This document shows positions 7,614 to 16,833 of a stretch of 64,000 nt of DNA, piece by piece. Made by a program: the position numbers and the translations under genes. Below the pieces are notes generated by a model. It searched no databases. It saw only the letters and a list, made by a program, of their open reading frames with translations, and had not been told where the DNA came from. The DNA is from an uncultured Smithella sp. (GTDB lineage: Bacteria > Desulfobacterota > Syntrophia > Syntrophales > Smithellaceae): the NCBI GenBank assembly GCA_964443625.1, contig CAYUDM010000004.1, positions 8,143-72,142 of the forward strand. Direction: 5' to 3'. Each line of letters begins with the position of its first letter. Within the stretch, counting starts at the first letter, position 1.

Positions 7614-8840
7614 CTAACGCATTTTGACCATTTTGGTCATGTCCCACATGGGCAGGAAAATGGCTAACGCAAAAAATCCCACAACCGCTGCCAACCCGAC
7701 AATCAGGATCGGACCGATGGCGTCCGACAGGGCTTTGACTGCGTAGGCGACTTCGTCATCATAGTGTTTGGTGATTTCACGCAGCATTTCATCGAGATTA
7801 CCGGACTCTTCACCGATCGCGATCATATCGATGACCATCGGCGGGAAATAACTGGCTGATTTGAGGGGTGTCGATATTCCGGCCCCTTCTTCGATCCGTT
7901 CGCGCACGCGCTCGAACTGTCGGGCGATCGCCGCGTTTCCGATGGTATCGGACAAAATTTCCAGCGATTGCAGGACCGGCACGCCGCTTGTCTGCAAAAT
8001 CGCAAAAATACTCGCGAAACGGGACATGGCCGCTTTCTGGAACAACGGGCCGAGAATGGGCAGTGACAGCAAAAAGGCGTCTCGCGCGACTTTCCCTTTC
8101 TGCGTCTTGAAATACTGGTGCAAAGCGAAAATTCCCGCCACCAGCACTCCAAGAATCAGATACCAATAATTTTTCAGGTAAAAATGAAGCATCATGGCGA
8201 TTTTTGTCGGCAGGGGCAGTTCCATGCCTGTTCTGCTGAACATTGAGACAAATTGCGGCACGACAAAGGTCAAAAGAATAAAAAAGGCCAGCGTTAAAGC
8301 GATCACCACGATAAACGGATACTGCAATGCGGCTTTGATGTCCGCACGGATTTTTGCTTCGTGTTCGATGATATAGATCAAGCGCTCCAAAACACCGGGA
8401 ACATTGCCGCTGACTTCTCCCGCCCTGACCATGGAGCAATAGAGATTGGAAAAGATCTTGGGATGCTTTTCAAAAGCTTCGGAGATCGTCGAGCCTTGCT
8501 TGATGTTTTCGATGATATCGGATACGGCCCCGCGCAGAACTTTGTTATCCGTCTGGGCTTCGAGAACCTGCATGATGCGGAGAATCGGCACACCGGCGGC
8601 GAGCATCGACCGGAATTGTTTGGTAAACAAAATGAGATCGGCGGTTTTAATGTGTCCGGTCAGCGATTTGACTCTTTTCCACAATGTATCGCGGGCATCG
8701 TCTTTTTTTCGGCTGATGCGTGACGGAATCAGTCCTCTGGAGGCAAGGATGGTCCCTGCCGTTGCTTCGGAGTCCGCATCGAGATCCCCGTTGACGGTGT
8801 TGCCTGATTCATTGATGGCTTCATATGAAAAGGTCGGCAT
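7614..8840 (-). CDS. Type IV pilus / T2SS platform protein (PilC/MshG/GspF family)
   Basis: 408 aa with two T2SSF-type repeats ([16 protein letters not shown] and [19 protein letters not shown]) and three TM segments. Confidence 0.9.
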   Translation of the reverse strand: MPTFSYEAINESGNTVNGDLDADSEATAGTILASRGLIPSRISRKKDDARDTLWKRVKSLTGHIKTADLILFTKQFRSMLAAGVPILRIMQVLEAQTDNKVLRGAVSDIIENIKQGSTISEAFEKHPKIFSNLYCSMVRAGEVSGNVPGVLERLIYIIEHEAKIRADIKAALQYPFIVVIALTLAFFILLTFVVPQFVSMFSRTGMELPLPTKIAMMLHFYLKNYWYLILGVLVAGIFALHQYFKTQKGKVARDAFLLSLPILGPLFQKAAMSRFASIFAILQTSGVPVLQSLEILSDTIGNAAIARQFERVRERIEEGAGISTPLKSASYFPPMVIDMIAIGEESGNLDEMLREITKHYDDEVAYAVKALSDAIGPILIVGLAAVVGFFALAIFLPMWDMTKMVKMR

Positions 8841-8863
8841 ATCCGGTTTTCCAGCTCGCTTGG

Positions 8864-10576
8864 CTATGTCATAACGGCCGAGGCCGCTTCTTCAAGTGTG
8901 GTGACTCCCTGAAGTACCTTCTGGGCCGCGTCCACCCGGAGCGTCCTCAGATTTCCCGCCTCGACGGCGGCTCTTGAAATCTCCTGACTCGATCTCTTTT
9001 TCAGAATCATGTCCTGAGTCATTTCATCGTTGATCAACACTTCAAAAAGGCCGGTCCGGCCTTTATACCCCGTATTTTTGCATTGATAACATCCCTTGCC
9101 CCGGAGAAAGTTTCCTAAGGTCGCCTGCTCCGGCGTTATGCCGAGGGCGGTATAGGCGCTTTCCGGCGGCGTGTAGCGTTCTTTGCAATAGGGGCACACG
9201 GTGCGGACCAGGCGCTGGGCAAAAGAAACAAGGAGAACCGATGAGACTAAAAAGGATTCGATGCCCATATCAATGAACCGGGTGATCGCGCCCGCTGCGT
9301 CGTTGGTGTGCACCGTGCTCAGCACCCGATGGCCGGTCTGAGCCGCCTGAACGGAAATGGCGGCCGTTTCGGCGTCGCGGATTTCACCAACCATGATGAC
9401 GTCCGGGTCCTGACGCAGAATGGAGCGAAGACCGCTGGCAAACGTCATGCCCGCCTTGCGGTTGAGCTGAACCTGGCGAATGTTGGCGATTCGATATTCA
9501 ACCGGGTCTTCCAGCGTGATGATGTTGATGTCCGGCTTGTTGATTGAATTGAGAATCGCGTAAAGGCTCGTGCTTTTTCCGCTGCCGGTGGGCCCGGTGC
9601 TGAGAATCATGCCGTAGGGCTTTCGGACCACTTTTTCAATTTTCGTCATGTCTTCGGAGACCATGCCCAGGCGGTCCAGGGAATAAACGCCGCCGCCGGT
9701 ATCCAAAAGTCGCAACACCAGGTTTTCACCATAAATAGTCGGCATGGAGGAGACACGCACGTTGATTTCCTTCTTGTCGAGTCGAAGTGTGAAACGGCCG
9801 TCCTGCGGAATCCGGGAAATCGTAATGTCCATATTGGCCAGGATTTTCATCCTCGCAATGATCGGCAGAAAAAGAGATTTCGGCGGCGACGGCACTTCCA
9901 AAAGCTTTCCGTCGATGCGGAAACGCATCTGCACTGTGTTATGCTGCGGGCTGATGTGGATATCGCTTGCGCCGTCGCGGATGGCTTGAGCGAAAATCGA
10001 GTTGGCCAGTCGAACCACCGGCGCTTCTCCGGCCATATCCTGAAGGGACGCCACTTGAACTTCCTCGCGCTCGGATATCATTTCCTCGGGATTGTCATCC
10101 TGCGATTTGATTTCCATGTTCTCCATAATGCTGCCCAGCCCGGACTGCATGCCATACAGAGAACTGATCAACTGGTTGTGCTCGCGCTCGGAACAGACGA
10201 CCGGCTCGACTTCGGAATTGGTGAGGACTTCAACATAGTCCAGCGCGTTGATATCCAGCGGATCGACTATCGCGATCGTCAGCAGACGACCTTTCTTCTT
10301 CAGAGGGGCAATCTGATATTTCTGCGCAACCTCAATGGGAATCTGGCGGGCCAGATCGATATCCAGTGGATAGTCGTCCGGATGGTACTTGGCAATTTTG
10401 AGTTGTCGGCTTAGTAAATCAATAATCTGCTGCTCGTTGACGATTCCCTGTCGGGTGAGAAACTGGCCGAGCTTCAAACCGGCTTTCTTCTGATCGAGAA
10501 GCGCCTGTTTGAGCCGCTCATCGCTCACCAGACCTTCTTCAACAAGCATTTCTCCTAAACGTTTTTTTACCTTCAT
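8864..10576 (-). CDS. Pilus extension ATPase, MshE/PilB/GspE family, with an N-terminal MshEN domain
   Basis: Walker A GPTGSGKST, Asp box, Walker B and His box. Tetracysteine CPYC...CYQC. The N-terminus carries the tandem motifs RLGEMLVEEGLVSDERLKQALLDQ and KLGQFLTRQGIVNEQQIIDLLSRQ. Confidence 0.9.
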   Translation of the reverse strand: MKVKKRLGEMLVEEGLVSDERLKQALLDQKKAGLKLGQFLTRQGIVNEQQIIDLLSRQLKIAKYHPDDYPLDIDLARQIPIEVAQKYQIAPLKKKGRLLTIAIVDPLDINALDYVEVLTNSEVEPVVCSEREHNQLISSLYGMQSGLGSIMENMEIKSQDDNPEEMISEREEVQVASLQDMAGEAPVVRLANSIFAQAIRDGASDIHISPQHNTVQMRFRIDGKLLEVPSPPKSLFLPIIARMKILANMDITISRIPQDGRFTLRLDKKEINVRVSSMPTIYGENLVLRLLDTGGGVYSLDRLGMVSEDMTKIEKVVRKPYGMILSTGPTGSGKSTSLYAILNSINKPDINIITLEDPVEYRIANIRQVQLNRKAGMTFASGLRSILRQDPDVIMVGEIRDAETAAISVQAAQTGHRVLSTVHTNDAAGAITRFIDMGIESFLVSSVLLVSFAQRLVRTVCPYCKERYTPPESAYTALGITPEQATLGNFLRGKGCYQCKNTGYKGRTGLFEVLINDEMTQDMILKKRSSQEISRAAVEAGNLRTLRVDAAQKVLQGVTTLEEAASAVMT

Positions 10577-12138
10577 TGCCCCCCCGGATATCCGGCATTC
10601 AAAACCGCGTCGCGGTGAAAATAGATCGTGTGGTCATCAAGATCCTGAAGGACTCTGGCCTGGGTTGCGCCATTTAAGCGCAAACCGTCAGCAGCGGATT
10701 GAGCCGACTGCAAAGATTGAAAACCGCCTTTTAAGACAATTTCATGGCGTAGTCCGGTCTTCGGAGTCCAAAGCGACAAAACCCTCATCCCGTCACGACC
10801 GGATGCTCTCAGCTGCCAGAATGCGTCATAGGCGGATTGGATGTCGCGGCTTCCTTCGAGGCTGACGATGTAGTTGGATTGCGCCGGATTTTTTCCGACG
10901 GCCAAAGCAGGCAAAACAATTTCGCTTCCTTCTTCAATTCGATCGCGGTCGTAGATGCGGGGATTGACCGCAAGGACCTTGCGCATGGTTTCTTCCGTTG
11001 TGTCGCCATAGATGGTGTCAAGCAGCGACCACAGCGTCATACTTTTTCGAAATCTGACGACGCCCAGCAAATCTGGCATCAAGGCTTGGGACGAATACTC
11101 AGCGCGATCGCTTACGAAATGCGGCGTAGCGCCTGATGCCGGCTCGTCCGGCATGGTTGTTTTTGCCGAAATCTCCACCCGGTTGTCTTCGAAATAGCCT
11201 GCGATTCCACGGTCGAGAATCACAAAAGCAAAAATCCCGGCAATGAGGACCAGGATCAGGGCCGACGCCCAGCGGATCGCCCTATTTGTCGAGTTTCCAT
11301 CATTGCCCGCGCTGCCCGTCACGAAAAAGAATCCCGCCTTATTTTCTCCCCGAACGATCATCTTAACGATGACCGAATGGCAAAGGGAAACGATTCTTCG
11401 GGGATAGCCTCGGGTCATCCAATAGACGGCCAGAATGCCCGGCCAGGTAAAAAGCTCGCCCGAAATCAGCTCCGATTCACGCGCGACGCGAATCCGGTGA
11501 CGAATCATGCCCGCTGTCTGCCTGAGGGTCAGCGGTTGTAGTCGGTAAAGAAAGTTGACGCGATCAATCAAATTTCGATGTGCTTGCAGTGTTTTTTCAA
11601 TTTCCTGCTGCGCGAAAATTACGATTTGAAGAAGTTTGAAGTGATTGGTTTCATAATTAAGAAATTCACGCAGGATTTCCAGGCAGTCGGACTGCAATTT
11701 CTGCCCTTCGTCGATGATGAGGACGACGATTTTTTCTTCATCAACGCCTTTCCGAAACAGACAGGTCTTAATTTTCTCTTTCAGTTGCCGCGCGTCGTCT
11801 TTTTCATCGAGATCCTGAACACCGATGAGCGAGGCGACGACACGAAGAAATTCTAAAGTATCGCCCGTTGCGGGATCCAAAAGCAATTGCGTTTCAATGG
11901 TCGGCGCGCCGGCCGCAGTTTCCGCGGAGAGATTCTGAATCAGTTTTCGGCACAGCGTGGTTTTGCCCGTTCCCACATCTCCGATGATCAGGTTGAGCCC
12001 CCGTCTCAGACGGACGGCCAACTCCAGCATCTGCAGGCATTGAGCGTGCTGCGGCGACGAAAAAAGAAACTCCGGCTCCGGTGAATTGGAAAACGGCTCT
12101 TTTTTTAAATGCAGCAAATTAAAATATTCCATGGTCAT
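10573..12138 (-). CDS. ExeA/MshM-like AAA ATPase with a TM segment and C-terminal LysM-like and SPOR-like peptidoglycan-binding regions
   Basis: Walker A GDVGTGKTT and Walker B VVLIIDEGQ. TM helix ALILVLIAGIFAFVIL. FimV/LysM-like segment MTLWSLLDTIYGD...VNPRIYDRDRIEEGSEIVLP. The SPOR-like tail is NYIVSLEGSRDIQSAYDAFWQLR. Confidence 0.8.
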   Translation of the reverse strand: MTMEYFNLLHLKKEPFSNSPEPEFLFSSPQHAQCLQMLELAVRLRRGLNLIIGDVGTGKTTLCRKLIQNLSAETAAGAPTIETQLLLDPATGDTLEFLRVVASLIGVQDLDEKDDARQLKEKIKTCLFRKGVDEEKIVVLIIDEGQKLQSDCLEILREFLNYETNHFKLLQIVIFAQQEIEKTLQAHRNLIDRVNFLYRLQPLTLRQTAGMIRHRIRVARESELISGELFTWPGILAVYWMTRGYPRRIVSLCHSVIVKMIVRGENKAGFFFVTGSAGNDGNSTNRAIRWASALILVLIAGIFAFVILDRGIAGYFEDNRVEISAKTTMPDEPASGATPHFVSDRAEYSSQALMPDLLGVVRFRKSMTLWSLLDTIYGDTTEETMRKVLAVNPRIYDRDRIEEGSEIVLPALAVGKNPAQSNYIVSLEGSRDIQSAYDAFWQLRASGRDGMRVLSLWTPKTGLRHEIVLKGGFQSLQSAQSAADGLRLNGATQARVLQDLDDHTIYFHRDAVLNAGYPGGQ

Positions 12139-12162
12139 GACGTCGCCCGATCATTGTCCCGG

Positions 12163-13773
12163 TTATTCGGACGCAGAAGCGCCTCGGGTCGCAGCGGGTT
12201 TATCCGCCTTGTCTGATGCCGCCACCTGCAGGACGTGCGGTGTGATAAAAATAAGGACTTCTTCCATATCGTCGCTTTTAGAATCCGATTTAAAAACGTA
12301 GCCCAAAACGGGAATGTCTTTCAGCAGAGGCCAGCCCGCATCTCCTTTGGCCAGACGCTGTTTGGTTAAACCGGATATGACAATCGTTTCTCCATCGCGG
12401 ACGATCAGCGAGGTCTGTGTCTGTTTTTTGATGATGTAAGGATTGCCATCGACATTGCGCAATGCGTCCACTTCATCTTTTTTCACCAGAATGTCCATTT
12501 TCAAATGTTTGCCGTCGATCACATGCGGCGTAATTTCAAGGCGCAAGACGACATCCTCGAACTTGACTGTCCGTGTTTCGTTGCCGCTCGAGTCGATCTC
12601 GCGGGTGATGTAGGGAACGCGCTCTCCGTTTTCCGTAAAGGCTTTCTGGTTATCGAGCGTGGTAATCGAAGGACTTGAAAGGATATTGAGTTTGTTGTCC
12701 TTTTGAAGCGCCTGAAGCTGGATTTCAAGAATGTTGCCTCCGATCGTTCCAAAGAGCAACGCCAGGGAACCCGCCGCCGCGTCCGTTAAATTCAGGGCTT
12801 GGAAGTTTGACGCGAAAGGCCAGTTGCCGATGCCCGTCGGACCACTTGTCGGATTGATGGCGCCTCCCGCCGTGCTGCGGCCGCCTCCGCCCAGGGTTGT
12901 GAAATCTCCTGTATTGTAGCGCCCTCCCCACATGACGCCCAGATCGCGCGCCACATTCTTACTGGTCTCAACAATGTTGGCCTTGATCAGAATCTGCGGC
13001 GTCGGACGATCCACTTCCCGAATGATGGACATAATCCGGTCCATATCGTCGGCAATGGCCGAAATGATCAGCGCATTGTTATGCTCGTCGACTTTAATTG
13101 AGCCGCGCGGTTTTCCGTCCTTGTCTTTCGTAAGGAATTCAAGCAAATTTTCACTTAACTTTTTGGGGTTTGCAAAACTGATCTTTACGAATTGGGGCGA
13201 CAATAACGGTTCGACCCACTGAGTATCCCGGATGGTGACTTTTTGTTTCAGATCCTGTTCAATATCTTCGAGGGTCATGACACGAAGGATGTCACCCTCC
13301 CATTTGTAGGATAGTCCGTGGGTGCTCAGAAGACCGTTGAAGGCCTGGTCCCAGGGCACATCCCGGAAATCCACATTGATTTCTCCGGACAGGGAGTTCT
13401 TCACCATGATGTTGAGATTGACGGACTTGGCCAGCGCGCGCAAAACGGCCTTCAGATCAGCCTGCCGCATAATCAGCGTGATACGTTTTTTGGGCAATAT
13501 TCTTTCATCCGCGCCGATTTGCGCCCCGTAAGACGGCTTACTTTGCCGCGCTACCGACAGTTGAATCTGTTTGGGTTCCGATGCGGGCGAAAACCCCTTG
13601 GATTCTTCCGCCAGAACATTCCACTTCTCAAAAAATGGATCTTTCTTTAAATCCTGTCGTTGCGATGCGCAGCCCAAACAAATCGCCAGCATGATCGCCG
13701 CAATCAACAATCGGATGCTTGTATGATGACCCAATAGGACTCTCAAGACGGTAACCTCCCGCTGTTTATTCAT
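12163..13773 (-). CDS. Secretin (PilQ/MshL/GspD family)
   Basis: C-terminal secretin domain: NILSSPSITTLDNQKA...VPYI, LIVRDGETIVISGL, PLLKDIPVLGYVFK, EVLIFITPHV. I chose the start MNKQREV because it forms an ATGA overlap with the upstream stop. The signal peptide ends ...AICLGCAS, a possible but non-canonical lipobox. Confidence 0.9.
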   Translation of the reverse strand: MNKQREVTVLRVLLGHHTSIRLLIAAIMLAICLGCASQRQDLKKDPFFEKWNVLAEESKGFSPASEPKQIQLSVARQSKPSYGAQIGADERILPKKRITLIMRQADLKAVLRALAKSVNLNIMVKNSLSGEINVDFRDVPWDQAFNGLLSTHGLSYKWEGDILRVMTLEDIEQDLKQKVTIRDTQWVEPLLSPQFVKISFANPKKLSENLLEFLTKDKDGKPRGSIKVDEHNNALIISAIADDMDRIMSIIREVDRPTPQILIKANIVETSKNVARDLGVMWGGRYNTGDFTTLGGGGRSTAGGAINPTSGPTGIGNWPFASNFQALNLTDAAAGSLALLFGTIGGNILEIQLQALQKDNKLNILSSPSITTLDNQKAFTENGERVPYITREIDSSGNETRTVKFEDVVLRLEITPHVIDGKHLKMDILVKKDEVDALRNVDGNPYIIKKQTQTSLIVRDGETIVISGLTKQRLAKGDAGWPLLKDIPVLGYVFKSDSKSDDMEEVLIFITPHVLQVAASDKADKPAATRGASASE

Positions 13774-14267
13774 TCCTGGATGGGAACGGCCAGTTCGCTC
13801 CCCGTGATTTTGTTTTCGATCATGACCCTGTACGGTGTGATACTTTTGAGAACGTATCCCTCCATTTCGAGCGCTTCTCCCGATGTATATTCCCATCCGT
13901 TGATCACGGCCATCTTTTTGCCGCCTGCATCAACGAATCCGGAGTAAATAATTTTGACTGCCGCACCTGCTTGACCGTCGCTTCTTGTGCCGCTGGCCCA
14001 CTCTCTGTATGAGGCTCGGTCCCAAAACGGGCTGTCCCCCCAGTCGGTCTCGGCCCTTCGCGCAATGTAGTCTTCCACACCGATCAATTTGCCGCCTGCC
14101 AGCTCAGCGTTGACGTCCGCCACAAAGGAACTGATTCGGGCCGGATTCACATCCGTTTTGGCTTTCTTTAAAGCGGGACGTGCGATCAATATTTCATAGG
14201 CGGCGTAAAGAACAAATAACAGAGCCACACATAAAATAATGATCTGTCTTGCATTGAATTTCTTCAT
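13770..14267 (-). CDS. PilP/MshK-like pilus assembly protein
   Basis: N-terminal TM anchor. The C-terminal beta-rich segment IIYSGFVDAGGKKMAVINGWEYTSGEALEMEGYVLKSITPYRVMI resembles the GspC/PilP HR domain. It lies immediately upstream of the secretin. Confidence 0.5.
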   Translation of the reverse strand: MKKFNARQIIILCVALLFVLYAAYEILIARPALKKAKTDVNPARISSFVADVNAELAGGKLIGVEDYIARRAETDWGDSPFWDRASYREWASGTRSDGQAGAAVKIIYSGFVDAGGKKMAVINGWEYTSGEALEMEGYVLKSITPYRVMIENKITGSELAVPIQE

Positions 14268-14282
14268 AATTTCCTTACCAGG

Positions 14283-14825
14283 CTATCCTTTAAGAGCGAT
14301 TCTGATCTTGAGACGAAATTCCATTGAATCACTATACTGGCGCATACTGATTTCCTCGATACGATCCACATAGGCAACGGCCCCGAGACCGATGAGCATG
14401 CGACGGAAATTCGCGTACTCGCCTTTTACAACCGCCGAATAGATCATCGACCGGGACGATTCTGAAAACGAACCGATATCCGGAGCCAGAGAGACCGTCA
14501 TCAGACCGGATTTCCCCGCAATCGTCCTAAAGACTTCAGAAAATGAATCCGCATCTGCAAACGAAAGCGCCTGAGCGGGCGGATCGGGCAAGGATCCGGC
14601 AATTTTTAGAGCCTGCGCTTGTGTCAATGCCTGATAGACCGGACCGAGTCCTTTTTGCTCCTCAAGCGAGTATTGGAGCTTCTGAACCTGCCGCTTGGCG
14701 GCTGTATTGTATCGGTACAGAGGCAAGACGCCGACCAGGATCAAAACAACAATCACGGCGCCGCATACGATGAGAATCCCCATACTCCTGGGAGGCAATA
14801 TTTTTTCGCCTTTTTCCATGTCCAT
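14283..14825 (-). CDS. PilO/MshJ-like pilus assembly protein
   Basis: A single TM helix is followed by a coiled-coil-like segment. It lies between the PilM-N fusion and the PilP-like gene. Confidence 0.5.
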   Translation of the reverse strand: MDMEKGEKILPPRSMGILIVCGAVIVVLILVGVLPLYRYNTAAKRQVQKLQYSLEEQKGLGPVYQALTQAQALKIAGSLPDPPAQALSFADADSFSEVFRTIAGKSGLMTVSLAPDIGSFSESSRSMIYSAVVKGEYANFRRMLIGLGAVAYVDRIEEISMRQYSDSMEFRLKIRIALKG

Positions 14826-16673
14826 TTATCCTGTCTTTGCTTTTAACGTAAAATGAAGAACTTCTTCCTTGCGGAAAGGAATAACGGCGCTTTTTTGCAA
14901 CACGACCTGCCTCAGCATGGGTGAATTCTCGAGTTTCATGACATAACGCGCCAATACCGTATCGAACATTTCCCGATCCGCCCGGACAACGCCTTCGATG
15001 GTGATATCCTCCGTCTGCGCTCCTGGTAATTGGTTTTTCCCCTGAGGAGGAACATCCGGAACAACACGGATAGCAATTAACTTTACATTATCCGGCGTCA
15101 GTGCGGATAATTCACCGATGACGGCCAGGCCTGCATATTTCCTGGCATAATGCTTTCTTTTCAGCAGCATCCCTTTCAGGTCTTCTTTGACCTGTGAGAC
15201 TTTTTCGGTGGATAAAACAGGTTGATACAAAGCCAGTTCTTGTTCCAATTTCACTTTGAGGGATCTATTTTGAGAAATCTGCGCCGCCTGATAACCCAGC
15301 ATAGCGATGCACAACAGGAGGATCAGGGCAAACAACGCCCAGATGCCGCGATTGATCGTTTTCTCTTTTTCTTCGAACTTCTTTTCCCTATAGGTAAAAA
15401 TCAGGTTGGGTGTGCGCGAGCGATCGGAAAGAGAAAGTCCCAAAGCCGGCGTTATGGCTACTTTCTGGTCCGGAGAAAGCATGGCGATACCCGGCAAAGC
15501 CCGTCCGATAAATGGATCGAACAGTTCCGTTTCAACGCCGAGTTGCTCCTGAAATCGGTCAATGAAGGGACGATACGCATCCGTCGTTGATGAAACATAT
15601 AACTTTTCAATTCTTTCGTATCCGACCGATGTCGTATAGTATTCCAGTGTCCTTTCAATTTGTCGGGTCAGTCGGTCCATGGCCGGCTCGACCATCTCCA
15701 TGATCTGCTGTCTTGTAAATCCGGCATCGCTCAGATTTGCCACGCCTGCCTGATCCCCCGCAAAATAATCTCGAAAGACTTTTTTGGACTCTTCCCTGCT
15801 GATCGGTCGGCTGTCCTGCGTTTCGCTGATGGTTTCTTCAATCGCTTCAACCATGCTTGTCACGCCGGTTTTAACGCCTCGGGTCATGGCCAGAGCGCCG
15901 TTCTTATAAATGTCGATTCGTGAGAAATCCGTTCCGATAAACAATGTGGCAAAACATGCGTGAGGCGGATTCATCCATTTTGTTCGGAATATATTCTGCA
16001 CAGCATACGGTGCGATAGTGATTCCTTCAAGCGCAATACCGATCGATGAGAAGTAGGATTTAAGTTTTTCGACTTCGTGCCTGGGAGCCGTGTAAGCCAT
16101 GACGGCGTGTTTCGGAATTCCCTGATCCGTTATTTCGCCTTGAATCTCAAAGTCGAAAATCGATTCTTTTTCATCAATCGGATTTTCCTTTTTCGCCGTC
16201 CAGTAGATGACGTTCTCTATCTGCTTTTTGGCGACCCTCGGAATTTTTATGTGGGTGATGTTCACGTCCGACGCCGGAATCATGGCCCAGAAAGAACAAG
16301 CTGATAGAGGCCCTGCAAAATCGATCAGTGCCGTTTTAAGAAATGATTTAAACTCATCTGTATTGTGCGAGGAAAATTGATTGCTGGGAATGATCTTTGA
16401 ATCAATCCAGATCGGTCGGCCCTCCGCAGATCCCGTCATTTTCACCAGAAAAAGGGAATCCTGACCGATATCGACGCCGATTGTGAATTTACGCCCGGCG
16501 CCGAATAGCTGCGGAATAATGGACTGCGCTGATTTCTTATTTTTTTTTGTTTCAATTCTTTGAGGTTGCGATCTCACATTTTCAGAGTTTCCTCTGATCA
16601 CCTGCAAGAGTTTCTCCGTCGAACTAGTTTCTTTTATCCTGGCCAAGTTGATTCCCCCGAATCTATCTTGCAC
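14826..16673 (-). CDS. PilM-PilN fusion (MshI-like): actin-like ATPase domain, TM helix and PilN-like domain
   Basis: 615 aa. FTIGVDIGQDSLFLVKM is an actin-fold phosphate-1-like segment. A TM helix WALFALILLLCIAMLGY sits near aa 440. A PilN-like coiled region follows. Confidence 0.75.
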   Translation of the reverse strand: MQDRFGGINLARIKETSSTEKLLQVIRGNSENVRSQPQRIETKKNKKSAQSIIPQLFGAGRKFTIGVDIGQDSLFLVKMTGSAEGRPIWIDSKIIPSNQFSSHNTDEFKSFLKTALIDFAGPLSACSFWAMIPASDVNITHIKIPRVAKKQIENVIYWTAKKENPIDEKESIFDFEIQGEITDQGIPKHAVMAYTAPRHEVEKLKSYFSSIGIALEGITIAPYAVQNIFRTKWMNPPHACFATLFIGTDFSRIDIYKNGALAMTRGVKTGVTSMVEAIEETISETQDSRPISREESKKVFRDYFAGDQAGVANLSDAGFTRQQIMEMVEPAMDRLTRQIERTLEYYTTSVGYERIEKLYVSSTTDAYRPFIDRFQEQLGVETELFDPFIGRALPGIAMLSPDQKVAITPALGLSLSDRSRTPNLIFTYREKKFEEKEKTINRGIWALFALILLLCIAMLGYQAAQISQNRSLKVKLEQELALYQPVLSTEKVSQVKEDLKGMLLKRKHYARKYAGLAVIGELSALTPDNVKLIAIRVVPDVPPQGKNQLPGAQTEDITIEGVVRADREMFDTVLARYVMKLENSPMLRQVVLQKSAVIPFRKEEVLHFTLKAKTG

Positions 16674-16833
16674 ATTTGTGATTTACGTCACTTTTACCAG
16701 TATTTACATATTTTATCAACACAATTAGAATACTTTCTCCAATTATTGTTGTATCGTTTTTATCTGAAATATCTTGAATAGATAAAAAAAATTTGATAAC
16801 AACTAGTTCAAAAATAATTGAGGAATCTCATTA

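Noticed and set aside
7810-8439. A stack of Arg-rich ORFs overlaps the PilC-type gene in other frames on both strands (7810-8439, 7823-8152, 7861-8169, 8361-8723, 8446-8874).
   Set aside because: The PilC frame carries the conserved T2SSF repeats and TM helices. The alternative frames give Arg/Ser/Pro-rich low-complexity peptides typical of off-frame translation of GC-rich coding DNA.
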